NCBI GenBank assembly: GCA_046498225.1
Contig: JAWOBF010000086.1
Location: forward strand, 1 to 61,900
DNA length: 61,900 nt
From: Candidatus Aegiribacteria sp.
GTDB lineage: Bacteria; Fermentibacterota; Fermentibacteria; Fermentibacterales; JCC-6
Reading direction: 5' to 3'
Shown here: piece after piece, positions 36,702 to 46,367 of the stretch
Layout of the letters: the number at the start of each line of letters is the position of its first letter
How positions within the stretch are numbered: position 1 is the stretch's first letter
Made by a program: the position numbers and the translations under genes
The notes under the pieces: generated by a model
What the model was told of the DNA's origin: nothing
Database searches by the model: none
The model's input: only the letters and a program-made list of their open reading frames with translations

Positions 36702-39700
36702 AGCCGCGGTCCCCTTCCCCTGTACAGAGTAACCGAATCCCGTCCCAGGAGTTCTCTCAGCCTGTCCAGCAGGCTTCTGTCCGGGTTGACCCTGAGCGAC
36801 CTGGACAGCCCTCTCACCCTCCATCCCGACCTGTGCCTTATATCGACGCACACCTCTCCGCTGCCGCCGCACTCCCTGATGCACTCCACAGCCTCCCGAA
36901 GTCTTTGCATATCCGGCTTCCCGCCGTCAACCCTTATGGTAATCCCCGCACGGAGCTGCGACCGGATATCTGACAGAGGATAGACCTGTCTGGCGCTGAA
37001 CCTGCTGTCGCCCCTTCTCCTGGACACTTCTCCGTCCATCAGCACCAGACGTCCCGGTTCCAGGAGGTCGGCGTGCTTCTCCAGCGCGTCGTTGAATACC
37101 ACGACTTCCGCGCTTCCCGTCCGACCCTCTACCAGAACGAACGCCATATCCCCCCTTCTTGTTGGGATCACCCTCTTCTCCAGAACCATTCCAGCCGTGG
37201 TCACGACCTTCTTTCGGCTCAGATGCGCCCTTTCCACCGGATCGGTGCAGAAACTGTCCAGATCATCCGCGTACACCTCAAGCGGGTGGCCGGTCATATA
37301 GAAACCCAGCAGTGATTTTTCCAGGGCGCACTTCTCTTCAATGGAAAGCTCCTCCAGCTCCTCTATCGAGGGCTCCTCCTCCAGTGCCGCCTCTTCCCCA
37401 TCATCGCCGTTCCCCTGGAAGAGCGACATCTGGCCCGCTTCCAGATGTCTTCTGGCCGCCGCCCCGTAACTGAGGGCGTGATCCACCGAACCCAACAGCG
37501 TGGATCTGTTAACGCCAAAGCAGTCCATCGCTCCAGCCCCTATTAGCGATTCGAGTGTCTTCCGGTTGATGCTTCCGTTCCCGAGCCTGGTGCAGAAATC
37601 GAAAATGTTGGCGTATTCCCCGTTCCTGAGCCTTTCTTCGACTATGGCTGAGGAGGGACCCTCGCCCACGTTCTTGATGGCCGAAAGAGCGTACACAATG
37701 GCTCCGTCCCCATCCACGTCAAAGGTGACGCTGCTTGTGTTAACTGAGGGTGTGTTAACTGTGACTCCGATCCTGGAGCATTCGTCTATCACCTTCGTTA
37801 TCCTGTCTATCTTTCCGATCTCGCTGGCAAGGCAGGCGGCCAGGAACTCCGCCGGGAAGTGCACTTTCAGCCATGCCGTCCAGTATGCCAGGGCGGCGTA
37901 GCATACGGCGTGGGACTTGTTGAATCCGTAACCGGCGAACTTCTCTATGAGGTCGAAGACCCTGCGGGCGTCAACTTTGTTAACTCCCCTGTTGACACAC
38001 CCGGATATGAACTTGTCCCGCATTCGGGCCATCACTTCCGGGTCCTTCCTGGACATTGCCCGTCTCAATGTGTCCGCTTCCGCCATGGACATGCCGGCCA
38101 GCCGGTTGGCTATCCGCATCACCTGCTCCTGGTAGATGATGACGCCGTATGTGGGGGCGAGGATCCCTTCCAGGTCCGGATGGATATAGGTTACGTGAAA
38201 ATCAGCGTCCCCGGACAGCACCCCCTTCTTGTTCTCCGAGTAGAGGTCTATCATGTCCATGGAACCGGGCCTGAAGATGGCCACGGCGGCTATGATGTCG
38301 TCAAAACTGCTGACGTCTATCTTCCTGAGGGCCTCCCGCATTCCCGAGCTTTCCAGCTGAAACACGCCGGCGGTCTCTCCACTTCCTATCAGTTCCAGGG
38401 TCTCCCGGTCGTCGAAGGGAAGCCTGGTGACCTCCAGCCCCGGCGAGCGTCTCCTTGCCATCTCCTGCGCGCTGTGAATGATGGTGACGTTCCTGAGACC
38501 GAGAAGGTCGAGTTTCAGCAGGCCTATCTTCTCGGCGCTCTTCTTCTCGTACTGCGTTGTTATTCCCTCCCTGGCCGAGTAGAGGGGCACGTAATCCCGA
38601 AGGTTCCCGGGCGCGATTATCACCCCGGCCGCGTGAACGCCCGAGTGACGGGCCAGGTTCTCCAGTGTATAGCCGTAGTCGAAGAGTCTGGCGATATCCT
38701 CCTCCTCCCTGACCCTCCTGGAAAGTTCGGGGACGCTCTTCACCACCTCTGGCAGGGGAGCGTCGGGGTCGGGAGCGGAGGCCACCAGCCTGGCGAGGCT
38801 GTCCCCCTCGGCTACGCTCAGCCCCATGACCCTGGCAACGTCACGAACCACGGACCTGTTGCGTATCCTGCTGAAAGTTATCATCTGGCAGACGTTTTCT
38901 CGCCCGTACATGTCGATGATGTGGTCGATTATCTCTCCCCTGCGCTGGCAGCAGACGTCCAGGTCTATGTCCGGCATCTCTTTCCGCGCCGGGTTGAGGA
39001 ACCTCTCGAAGCTCAGGTCGTAATCCAGGGGGTTTATATCGGTGATATCCAGAGCGTAGGAGACCAGGCTGCCGGCGGCCGAACCCCTTCCGGGGCCGAC
39101 CGGAATGTTTCGTGACCTGGCCCATCTCATGATCTCCGAGACTATCAGGAAGTAACCGGGAAATCCCATGTCCCCGATTATTTCCAGCTCATGGTCCAGT
39201 CTTCGGGATTCCTGCCCGTCGGGGTCCCTGTCCAGCCTTGAGCCGAGACCCTCGTACGCAAGCCTGCTGAGATATTCCTGCATTCCCTCCTCATCCTCGG
39301 GGAGGGGGAATTCGGGAAGGAGGAAATCACCTTGCGTTAACATGAAATCGCATTTCTCCGCCAGGCTCACCGTATTCGAGACAGCCTCAGGTATCCATGA
39401 GAACAGCTTCTGCATTTCCATCGGCGACTTTACATAGAATTCAGGGGTGGCGAAGCGCATCCTGCCCGGGTCGTCCAGGGTCTTGCCGGTCTGAAGACAG
39501 AGAAGGGCCTCATGGGCCTGATTGTCCTCTTTCCTCATGTAATGAGCGTCGTTTGTGGCGGCTACCGTCGCCTCCATCTCCCGGGCCAGTTCCGCCAGCC
39601 GGGGGAGCAGGGTCTTCTCGTCGTCCAGGCCGTGGTCCATCAGTTCAATGAAGAAATTGTCCCTGCCCACCAGGTCCTGATAGAATCGGACCGCTTCGAC

Positions 39701-40168
39701 GGCCTTCTCCCTCCGGCCGGCCAGAAGGTGCCGGGCGACCTCCCCCTGCAGGCAGGCCGAGCCGATCAGAAGTCCCTCGCTGTGGGCGGCGAGGAGTTCC
39801 CGGTCGATCCTGGGCTTGTAGTAAAAACCATCAATATAGCCGGCGGATGAGAGCCTGGATAGATTACTGTACCCGGTCTCGTTCCTCGCCAGGAGAGTAA
39901 GGTGATACCTCTTGCCGTTCCTGCTGCGGTCCTTCATCGATGGCTGGGCCAGGTAGGCTTCCATGCCCAGGATTGGATGTATGCCGCGGGCAGTCATTCT
40001 CTCGAAGAACTGAACCGCTCCAAAAAGGCATCCATGGTCTGTGACCGCCACGGAACCCATACCCTTCTCCTGCAGATACTCCGCCAGCCGGTCGAACCTG
40101 ATGGCGCCATCCAGAAGACTGTACTCGGAATGAAGATGCAGGTGAACGAAGTCGACTTCGGAGCTCAT
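36698..40168 (-). CDS. dnaE: DNA polymerase III alpha subunit
   Basis: FVHLHLHSEYSLLDGA PHP domain, GPGRGSAAGS, FERFLNP.R..MPDIDLD, GYGFNKSHA, OB fold. Confidence 0.98.
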   Translation of the reverse strand: MSSEVDFVHLHLHSEYSLLDGAIRFDRLAEYLQEKGMGSVAVTDHGCLFGAVQFFERMTARGIHPILGMEAYLAQPSMKDRSRNGKRYHLTLLARNETGYSNLSRLSSAGYIDGFYYKPRIDRELLAAHSEGLLIGSACLQGEVARHLLAGRREKAVEAVRFYQDLVGRDNFFIELMDHGLDDEKTLLPRLAELAREMEATVAATNDAHYMRKEDNQAHEALLCLQTGKTLDDPGRMRFATPEFYVKSPMEMQKLFSWIPEAVSNTVSLAEKCDFMLTQGDFLLPEFPLPEDEEGMQEYLSRLAYEGLGSRLDRDPDGQESRRLDHELEIIGDMGFPGYFLIVSEIMRWARSRNIPVGPGRGSAAGSLVSYALDITDINPLDYDLSFERFLNPARKEMPDIDLDVCCQRRGEIIDHIIDMYGRENVCQMITFSRIRNRSVVRDVARVMGLSVAEGDSLARLVASAPDPDAPLPEVVKSVPELSRRVREEEDIARLFDYGYTLENLARHSGVHAAGVIIAPGNLRDYVPLYSAREGITTQYEKKSAEKIGLLKLDLLGLRNVTIIHSAQEMARRRSPGLEVTRLPFDDRETLELIGSGETAGVFQLESSGMREALRKIDVSSFDDIIAAVAIFRPGSMDMIDLYSENKKGVLSGDADFHVTYIHPDLEGILAPTYGVIIYQEQVMRIANRLAGMSMAEADTLRRAMSRKDPEVMARMRDKFISGCVNRGVNKVDARRVFDLIEKFAGYGFNKSHAVCYAALAYWTAWLKVHFPAEFLAACLASEIGKIDRITKVIDECSRIGVTVNTPSVNTSSVTFDVDGDGAIVYALSAIKNVGEGPSSAIVEERLRNGEYANIFDFCTRLGNGSINRKTLESLIGAGAMDCFGVNRSTLLGSVDHALSYGAAARRHLEAGQMSLFQGNGDDGEEAALEEEPSIEELEELSIEEKCALEKSLLGFYMTGHPLEVYADDLDSFCTDPVERAHLSRKKVVTTAGMVLEKRVIPTRRGDMAFVLVEGRTGSAEVVVFNDALEKHADLLEPGRLVLMDGEVSRRRGDSRFSARQVYPLSDIRSQLRAGITIRVDGGKPDMQRLREAVECIRECGGSGEVCVDIRHRSGWRVRGLSRSLRVNPDRSLLDRLRELLGRDSVTLYRGRGPRL

Positions 40169-40187
40169 GTGAACCGGACCGGTCCCC

Positions 40188-41324
40188 TCATTTCCGCGCC
40201 GTGTCCGAGCCCTGCGCATCGTACATGCGATCGAACTCCCTCTGGTCTTCGAGGTCTGCCCTCTCCGGAAGGTTGTCACCGTCCTTGCGACGCTTCAGAA
40301 CGATGTAGATGAGTGTCCAGGCGGAGGACCAGCTGGACAGAACGTAGGACAGCACCACCAGGAACAAGGCGGTGCCGGAAAGGTTGGCTATGACACCTGC
40401 GAGTCCGGTCCAGGTCTCTCCGCCCCCGGCCCGGCCGACGGTTATCAGCCCCGAGAAGTAGGGTAGTATTTCCGGCGCCAGGACCTGGGGTCCCGCCGCC
40501 ATGGAGGCGGCCAGACCTCCCTCGCCGGCCCCGGCGGTGAAAGCGCTGGAGAGTCCGGCAATGGCAAGTGAGGTGGACAGCAGGAAAAGGGTTCCGGCGG
40601 CCAGTATGACCAGAAGGGAAACAAGCAGGTACAGCAGCAGCCTCCAGGACTGGGACGTAAGGGTCGAGAAAACCTCGAAGACCGCCTCGAAGGAATCACC
40701 CCCGGTGCAGGCCACCACCGAGGGGACCATGTCCAGGGCCAGAACGAGCCCCAGGGCGGTGAGAATTCCGAGCAGCATCGCCCCCCAGAGCGGGATGGAT
40801 AACAGGGCCGCTATCACCGGACCCGCAGCGGGTATCCTGGATAGAAGACCCGTCGCGATGCCTGACGCGTATATCAGCGCCAGGGCAAGGACCAGCATCA
40901 GCGGTACGGCGATAAGCGGAGCGTAATGCTTTCCGGCGAACCTGCGGGCGTCGGCGGAGGAGAAGAAATCATCTCCCCTTACCTGCTGAAATGTCATCTT
41001 GGAGACCATCAGAGAGCCGCGCATGAGCACGTACACTATCAGCACCGCCCCCAGGGCCAGGAAAATGACCGGAACGGTATCCATCCAGAAAACCGAGCCG
41101 GGAAGGGGAAGCAGCCGGCTCTGATCCCATCTTGCGGCCATATTGCTGCCTGAGGCGAAGAAACCGAGGTATACGAAGACATCCCATATAAGCCATGAGA
41201 GAACCAGTGTCTTGAAGAAGACCCATATCTTCCTTGCGCTGAATCCGTACCTGGCGCACGCGGGAATATCCCTGATGCCGAAACTCAGTTCCTCTGCCAC
41301 GTCAGCTCCCTTCCTCTCAACCAT
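40188..41324 (-). CDS. Hypothetical integral membrane protein
   Basis: About 7-8 hydrophobic segments; host-like codon usage; packed between comF and dnaE. Confidence 0.65.
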   Translation of the reverse strand: MVERKGADVAEELSFGIRDIPACARYGFSARKIWVFFKTLVLSWLIWDVFVYLGFFASGSNMAARWDQSRLLPLPGSVFWMDTVPVIFLALGAVLIVYVLMRGSLMVSKMTFQQVRGDDFFSSADARRFAGKHYAPLIAVPLMLVLALALIYASGIATGLLSRIPAAGPVIAALLSIPLWGAMLLGILTALGLVLALDMVPSVVACTGGDSFEAVFEVFSTLTSQSWRLLLYLLVSLLVILAAGTLFLLSTSLAIAGLSSAFTAGAGEGGLAASMAAGPQVLAPEILPYFSGLITVGRAGGGETWTGLAGVIANLSGTALFLVVLSYVLSSWSSAWTLIYIVLKRRKDGDNLPERADLEDQREFDRMYDAQGSDTARK

Positions 41325-42052
41325 TATTCATTGCGAATAATACTACCGGTGCCTCTTCTCCGGTAGGCCAGGGTAAGCCCCGTGACACTATCCGCGCCAT
41401 TCTCCAGCAGCGACCCGGCTGCGCTGTGAATGGTGCTGAAAGTAGTGGCCACGTCATCCACCAGCCAGATCCTCTTACCCTCAGGCAAACGTCTGCCGCC
41501 CCTGAGATGAAAGACATCCTCCACGTTCTTCCTTCTGCCGGCCACGGACATCTCCAGCTGAGACGGACCGTGCTTCCTCGCCAGGAGTTCTCTCATTGCG
41601 GTCCCGGTGGCGGAAGCCAGTCTGCCAGCGATGAGGGCCGCCTGGTTGTAGCCCCTCTCCCTCCTTCTTTTCCTGGAAACCGGTACGGGAACTATGACGT
41701 CACCCGGAGAGGGCAGACGGCGGGAATATCGAACGATGAGGCCCGAGGCGGCGGCGGCCAGGTATTTCTCCCCGCTGAACTTGAGCCTTGCTATCATCTC
41801 TCCGGGCAGTCCCGAGTACAGTACCGCGGAATGGACCTGAATACCGTCATCCTCCGCTCCCCTGCCGTCCGGTCCTCTCCTGTCCGAAACCGGAAGACCG
41901 GTACCGCTCCAGTGTGCCGCGGTGCAGGGTTCCACTCTCAGCCGGCACCACGCACACAATAGCTTCCCATCCTCCCCCGGCGCCCCGCATCCGGGGCAGA
42001 CCGGTCTCAGGAAGAGACGGAGGAGGTTCTTCGATACCGAAGATAGAGCCAT
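41324..42052 (-). CDS. comF: ComF-family phosphoribosyltransferase-like protein
   Basis: From ATG 42052: CPGCG..LCAWC zinc ribbon, LKFSG, VPVPVS..R.RERGYNQA, LVDDVATT. Confidence 0.85.
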   Translation of the reverse strand: MALSSVSKNLLRLFLRPVCPGCGAPGEDGKLLCAWCRLRVEPCTAAHWSGTGLPVSDRRGPDGRGAEDDGIQVHSAVLYSGLPGEMIARLKFSGEKYLAAAASGLIVRYSRRLPSPGDVIVPVPVSRKRRRERGYNQAALIAGRLASATGTAMRELLARKHGPSQLEMSVAGRRKNVEDVFHLRGGRRLPEGKRIWLVDDVATTFSTIHSAAGSLLENGADSVTGLTLAYRRRGTGSIIRNE

Positions 42053-42837
42053 ACACCCAGCAGAAAGGCGGCAATGAGCATGGCAAGACTGATCAGCTGA
42101 TTGTCGGTTACGCCCGGCCTTCCCGCTATCTCGCTGTAGCCCAGCAGGGAATTGGGCTGATGGTCGAAATAGCGGAATTCCTCGATGCCGAACCTGGTCA
42201 CACCGTACAGTCCTGTGAACAGCACGAATATGAAACCGGGGAAGTGTCTTCGGCGGTCGGCCCAGAGAAGGACCAGAAGTATGAACAGACCCGCCAGCGA
42301 ACTGTACAGCTGAGTGGGATGAATGTGTACTCCGGCCGGTATGCCGGTACCGCTGTAGGCCATGGCGGAATCCGGAAAAGTGACTCCCAGTCCGCACGAT
42401 GTCCGCGCCCCGAAACAGCACCCGTTGAAGAAGCACCCTATTCTGGTGATGAAAATACCAAGAGCGAAGGAGGGGATGACCGCGTCGGAGAGTTCCCACA
42501 CCGGCATCCTCTTCTTCCATACGGTATAGAAGCCCACGATGACTGCCAGGACCACACCGCCGAGCATGCTCAGGCCGTAGAGTCCCTTCCATATGGCTAC
42601 AACATCCAGCCAGTTGTCCTGGAACCGTGACATGTGGGTCACCACGTAGAACAGACGGGAGCCGACTATGGCGGCTATCATGAGCCTTACGCCAAGGTCG
42701 TACACGTCATTCCTGGCGATACCGATGGAGCTGCTTCGCCTGGCGGCCAGAATGAGACCCAGAATGAAGGAAACGGCAAGGGCCAGACCGTACGAGTTCA
42801 CCGGCAATGAACCTATCCTGAATAGAACCGGATACAT
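42007..42837 (-). CDS. lgt: Prolipoprotein diacylglyceryl transferase
   Basis: MYPVLFRIG, SYG, GSRLFYV, RIGCFFNGCCFG, HPTQLYS. Confidence 0.93.
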   Translation of the reverse strand: MYPVLFRIGSLPVNSYGLALAVSFILGLILAARRSSSIGIARNDVYDLGVRLMIAAIVGSRLFYVVTHMSRFQDNWLDVVAIWKGLYGLSMLGGVVLAVIVGFYTVWKKRMPVWELSDAVIPSFALGIFITRIGCFFNGCCFGARTSCGLGVTFPDSAMAYSGTGIPAGVHIHPTQLYSSLAGLFILLVLLWADRRRHFPGFIFVLFTGLYGVTRFGIEEFRYFDHQPNSLLGYSEIAGRPGVTDNQLISLAMLIAAFLLGVWLYLRYRRTSSVSS

Positions 42838-42903
42838 GGGGCAACCTCCATTGTGGTGTTCGACAGCGGTGAGCCTAATCTATACCGGAGAGTGTCCTCT
42901 GTC

Positions 42904-42923
42904 ACATCCCCGCGCGGGGATGT
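42904..42923. repeat. Perfect 20-bp palindrome after the rodA stop
   Basis: ACATCCCCGCGCGGGGATGT equals its own reverse complement. Confidence 0.8.
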
Positions 42924-44122
42924 CAGACCTCTCTCCAGTACATTCCCGCGTTGGTGGCCAGGCCCAGCAGAAAGAACACCGACAGGAGGTTGCTGCCACC
43001 GTAACTGATGAGCGGGAGAGGGAGGCCGGTGACCGGCATTATTCCCAGGGTCATGCCGACATTCACGAATACATGTATCACGAAGTAGGCTGCTATACCG
43101 GCGGTAACCAGAGAGTTGTAGGGATTGACCGATTTTCTGGCCACTTTCAGTATTCTCCAGAACAGGATGAAGAAAGCTGAAAGAAGGGCGATGCACCCTA
43201 TGAACCCGGTCTCCTCGGCCCAGACGGAGAACACGAAGTCCGTATGCCTGGCGGGAAGGAACGCCAGTTCCTTCTGGGAACCCTGCATGTAACCCTGGCC
43301 GGTCAGTCCGCCGGAGCCCACCGCCACTTCCGACTGGATGATGTTCCATCCGGACCCGTGAGGATCGCTGGCGGGGTTCATGAACGTGACCAGCCTGGAC
43401 TGCTGGTACGGCTCCAGCATGTTCCATACGGTAGGAGTAAGCGCGGCCACCAGCGAGTTGCCCCCGATTATCAGTATCCACAGCGGTATGGAGTACTTGC
43501 GCCGGTAGAGTATGACCGACAGTACCGCCATGAAACCGAGCCAGTAATAGAAATGGATGGATGAGACGGCGGCCAGTACCGGGCTGACCATGAGCACTAT
43601 CCATCCCACGCCGTAACCCGCCCAGACGAACATGGCCAGCACTATAAGCACCATCGATACGGCGGTGCCCAGGTCGGGCTGGACCGCGGTGAGGAGAACG
43701 ACCGGCAGGACGGTCAGGAAGACCAGCAGCTCTCCGAATTTCCTTGGCCTTACCCTCAGTGACGAGAGCCACCAGGCGGTCATCAGTATCAGTCCCACCT
43801 TGGCTATCTCAGAGGCCTGAATGTGAACGGGACCGGCGATCAGCCATCGTCCGGCCGGACCCCTTCCAAAGAACAGCGTGATAAGCAGCAGGAGACAGAC
43901 CAGTACGTACACCGCCGGAGAGATCTCCTCCAGCCTTCGAAACGAGATGAGAGTGCCGAGCAGAAACACCCCGATCCCGAGGACGGACCATACCAGCTGT
44001 CTCTGGAAGATCCCGCTCTCGGATATGGCCGTGGAGGCTGAATATATGGTGGCTATTCCTATGCCGAAGATCAGGACGATAGAAAGCAGGAGCCAGATAT
44101 CGGGACGGTCTCGGCCTATCAG
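42923..44122 (-). CDS. rodA: Rod shape-determining SEDS protein RodA, probable CTG start
   Basis: RWL..GP..IQASE..K, QPDLGTA, YQQSRL..F.NP..DP.GSGW, FLPARHTDFVF, GLPLPLISYGGS; frame extends 51 codons above the track start to a CTG at 44122. Confidence 0.93.
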   Translation of the reverse strand: MIGRDRPDIWLLLSIVLIFGIGIATIYSASTAISESGIFQRQLVWSVLGIGVFLLGTLISFRRLEEISPAVYVLVCLLLLITLFFGRGPAGRWLIAGPVHIQASEIAKVGLILMTAWWLSSLRVRPRKFGELLVFLTVLPVVLLTAVQPDLGTAVSMVLIVLAMFVWAGYGVGWIVLMVSPVLAAVSSIHFYYWLGFMAVLSVILYRRKYSIPLWILIIGGNSLVAALTPTVWNMLEPYQQSRLVTFMNPASDPHGSGWNIIQSEVAVGSGGLTGQGYMQGSQKELAFLPARHTDFVFSVWAEETGFIGCIALLSAFFILFWRILKVARKSVNPYNSLVTAGIAAYFVIHVFVNVGMTLGIMPVTGLPLPLISYGGSNLLSVFFLLGLATNAGMYWREV

Positions 44123-45834
44123 TTGGGCACCTCCGATGCGAAATGGTTCTCAAGGATATCCCTGGCTACCGGGCCTGCAACCGTGCCTCCGTGCTCTCCA
44201 TGCTCCAGCATGACACATATGGCAAGAGGCTCCGGTTCCCGGACGAATCCCACGACCATGGCGTGGTCCTCCCCGGCGCACTCGGCGGTGCCGGTCTTGC
44301 CCCAGAAATCCCATCGGCAATCCTCGAAGGCGGAGTGGAGGGTCCCCCTTCCGGAAACCACCGTCTGCAGCATTCCTTCGATGACTGTATCAAAGGCGTC
44401 GGGATCCGTGTATTCCGCAGGCATGACCGTTTCCCTGTCGCTCTCGCCCATGACCAGGACCGGAAGGGGCATGTCACCACGGGACGCTATCACTCCTGTC
44501 ATCACCGCCATCTGAAGCGGTGTAGCCAGCAGTTCGCCCTGTCCGATGGAGACGTTCAGCAGATTTCCCAGCCCCCATCCACCCGGGCCGTACTTGGCGT
44601 TGAGGTAATCGGTATCAGGGACCAGACCGGAAACCTCATCCGGGAGCAGGTCCATCAGTCTGCCGCCCAGACCGAAAGCCCGGGCGTACTCGGCAAGTTC
44701 ATCGATACCGCTCAGTTGTGACGTGCGGTAGAAGAAAACGTCGCAGGACCGGGCCAGCGCCTGGACAACATCGAGTCTCCCATGAGCGGTCCAGCAGCCG
44801 AATTCCGTATCGCCCAGGGTCAGAGAACCGTAGCAGGGGTTGGGCAGGGTGTTCCTTTGGATGTGTCCCTCCGACAGCAGCCAGTAGGCGGTTACGATCT
44901 TGAACGTGGAAGCGGGCGGATATGAAGCTCCCCACGCCCGGCAGAACAGAGGTTTTGCCGGATTCTCCACCAGGGCGTTCCACTGGGCGGTGGTTATTCC
45001 CCGGGCGAACAAGTTGGGATCGTAGGAGGGTGAGGAGGCGGCGCAGAGTATCTCTCCGGTGCGGTAGTTCACCACAACCACCGCCCCGGCCAGGCCGGTC
45101 TTATCGACAGCCTCCGCCGCATACCTCTGCAGCTCCGCGTCCACGGTCAGGGTCAGGTTCTCGCCGGGTACCGGCACCTCCGAGTCGGTTTCCCTGTACT
45201 CGTCCACCACCCTGCCCATGGCATCCACGACCTCGCGGTGCAGGCCGGGCTCTCCCTGCAGTGTGGAGTTCATGCTACGTTCAATGCCGGTCCTGCCGGT
45301 AACCTCTCCCCTGTAGGATCCCGGTTCATCCGCCAGCCCGACGTAACCGATCATATGGCTGAAATCGCCGGGCCTGTGGTATCTTCTGAGGGGAGCGACG
45401 TCTATCAGCACTCCGGGCATGCGGTAGATGCACTCGGCCACCGGGCTCACCTCCTCGACTTCCATGCTTTCCCTTATCACCGCCGGTCTGTGTGGAACAG
45501 AAGAGGCTTCCCGCAGGATACGCGCCAGTGATTCCTCCGTTATTCCCAGCAGAGATGCCAGCTGGGGCGTTTTCGTGGTGTCGAACTCCGAAGGCACAGC
45601 GGTGACTATGAAGGAAGGTCTGCTGTCCGCCAGAAGCACTCCGTCCCTGTCGCTTATCAGTCCCCTGGGAGCCGGCTTGATGATGACCCTTATATGGTTC
45701 TGGCTGGAAAGGCCCCGGTAATAGTCGCCTCTTACTACCTGAAGGTAGAAGAGCCTGCCGCCCATCAGGAGGAACAGCAGGATCACAACCGTCAGGTAGG
45801 TGTAGTAGATCCAGCTCTTGCGCTGTCTAAGCAT
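44119..45834 (-). CDS. mrdA: Penicillin-binding protein 2
   Basis: APRGLI.DR, YPPASTFK (SxxK), SCDVFFY (SxD), GKTGTA. Confidence 0.95.
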   Translation of the reverse strand: MLRQRKSWIYYTYLTVVILLFLLMGGRLFYLQVVRGDYYRGLSSQNHIRVIIKPAPRGLISDRDGVLLADSRPSFIVTAVPSEFDTTKTPQLASLLGITEESLARILREASSVPHRPAVIRESMEVEEVSPVAECIYRMPGVLIDVAPLRRYHRPGDFSHMIGYVGLADEPGSYRGEVTGRTGIERSMNSTLQGEPGLHREVVDAMGRVVDEYRETDSEVPVPGENLTLTVDAELQRYAAEAVDKTGLAGAVVVVNYRTGEILCAASSPSYDPNLFARGITTAQWNALVENPAKPLFCRAWGASYPPASTFKIVTAYWLLSEGHIQRNTLPNPCYGSLTLGDTEFGCWTAHGRLDVVQALARSCDVFFYRTSQLSGIDELAEYARAFGLGGRLMDLLPDEVSGLVPDTDYLNAKYGPGGWGLGNLLNVSIGQGELLATPLQMAVMTGVIASRGDMPLPVLVMGESDRETVMPAEYTDPDAFDTVIEGMLQTVVSGRGTLHSAFEDCRWDFWGKTGTAECAGEDHAMVVGFVREPEPLAICVMLEHGEHGGTVAGPVARDILENHFASEVPN

Positions 45835-45838
45835 GGTA

Positions 45839-46324
45839 TCACCCCGATACCTTTCCGGGCCTCAGGCTGGTGAGTCCGGAGGCTGCGAAAAGGACCGCCG
45901 CCGCCGTGACAGCGGTGAGTCCAACCCTGGGGAACACTTTGAGCAGAACAGGCCCGAAGCCCGATCCCACGGGTCTTGAAGCTATCAGTATGAAGACGGT
46001 ATCCGACACCGCCACCGCTATGGAGGTCATTCCGATAAGGTAGCCCCTTCCCCCTCCGGAAGATATCCTGCTCAACCGGCTCACCGCGTACATGCCCACC
46101 AGGAAAGCTACGGATGACGAACCGACGGGCTGATGAAGGAGAAGGTCGAGGCAGAGACCGGCCCAGAAGGCTCCGTCAACGGCCCAGGAACTCTCGTAGT
46201 GCTCCCACAGGTAGACCAGCATGAACAGAATAATGGACGGGGCCACGAAGATTCTCCCCGCCGTTAGTTCCAGAAGGAACTGAAGCAGCACTGCAAAGGC
46301 GATGGCGAAAACTCTCTTCTGCAA
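45839..46324 (-). CDS. mreD: Rod shape-determining protein MreD
   Basis: Hydrophobic 161 aa between mreC and mrdA; GLCLDLL motif. Confidence 0.75.
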   Translation of the reverse strand: MQKRVFAIAFAVLLQFLLELTAGRIFVAPSIILFMLVYLWEHYESSWAVDGAFWAGLCLDLLLHQPVGSSSVAFLVGMYAVSRLSRISSGGGRGYLIGMTSIAVAVSDTVFILIASRPVGSGFGPVLLKVFPRVGLTAVTAAAVLFAASGLTSLRPGKVSG

Positions 46325-46367
46325 GATCCACCCGGAATTCCAAGGGAACGGTTACCGTCCCCTGAAG

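Noticed and set aside
41324-42592. 422-aa ORF suggesting a long N-terminal extension on ComF
   Set aside because: The extension overlaps lgt in another frame and is low-information; ComF features begin near ATG 42052.
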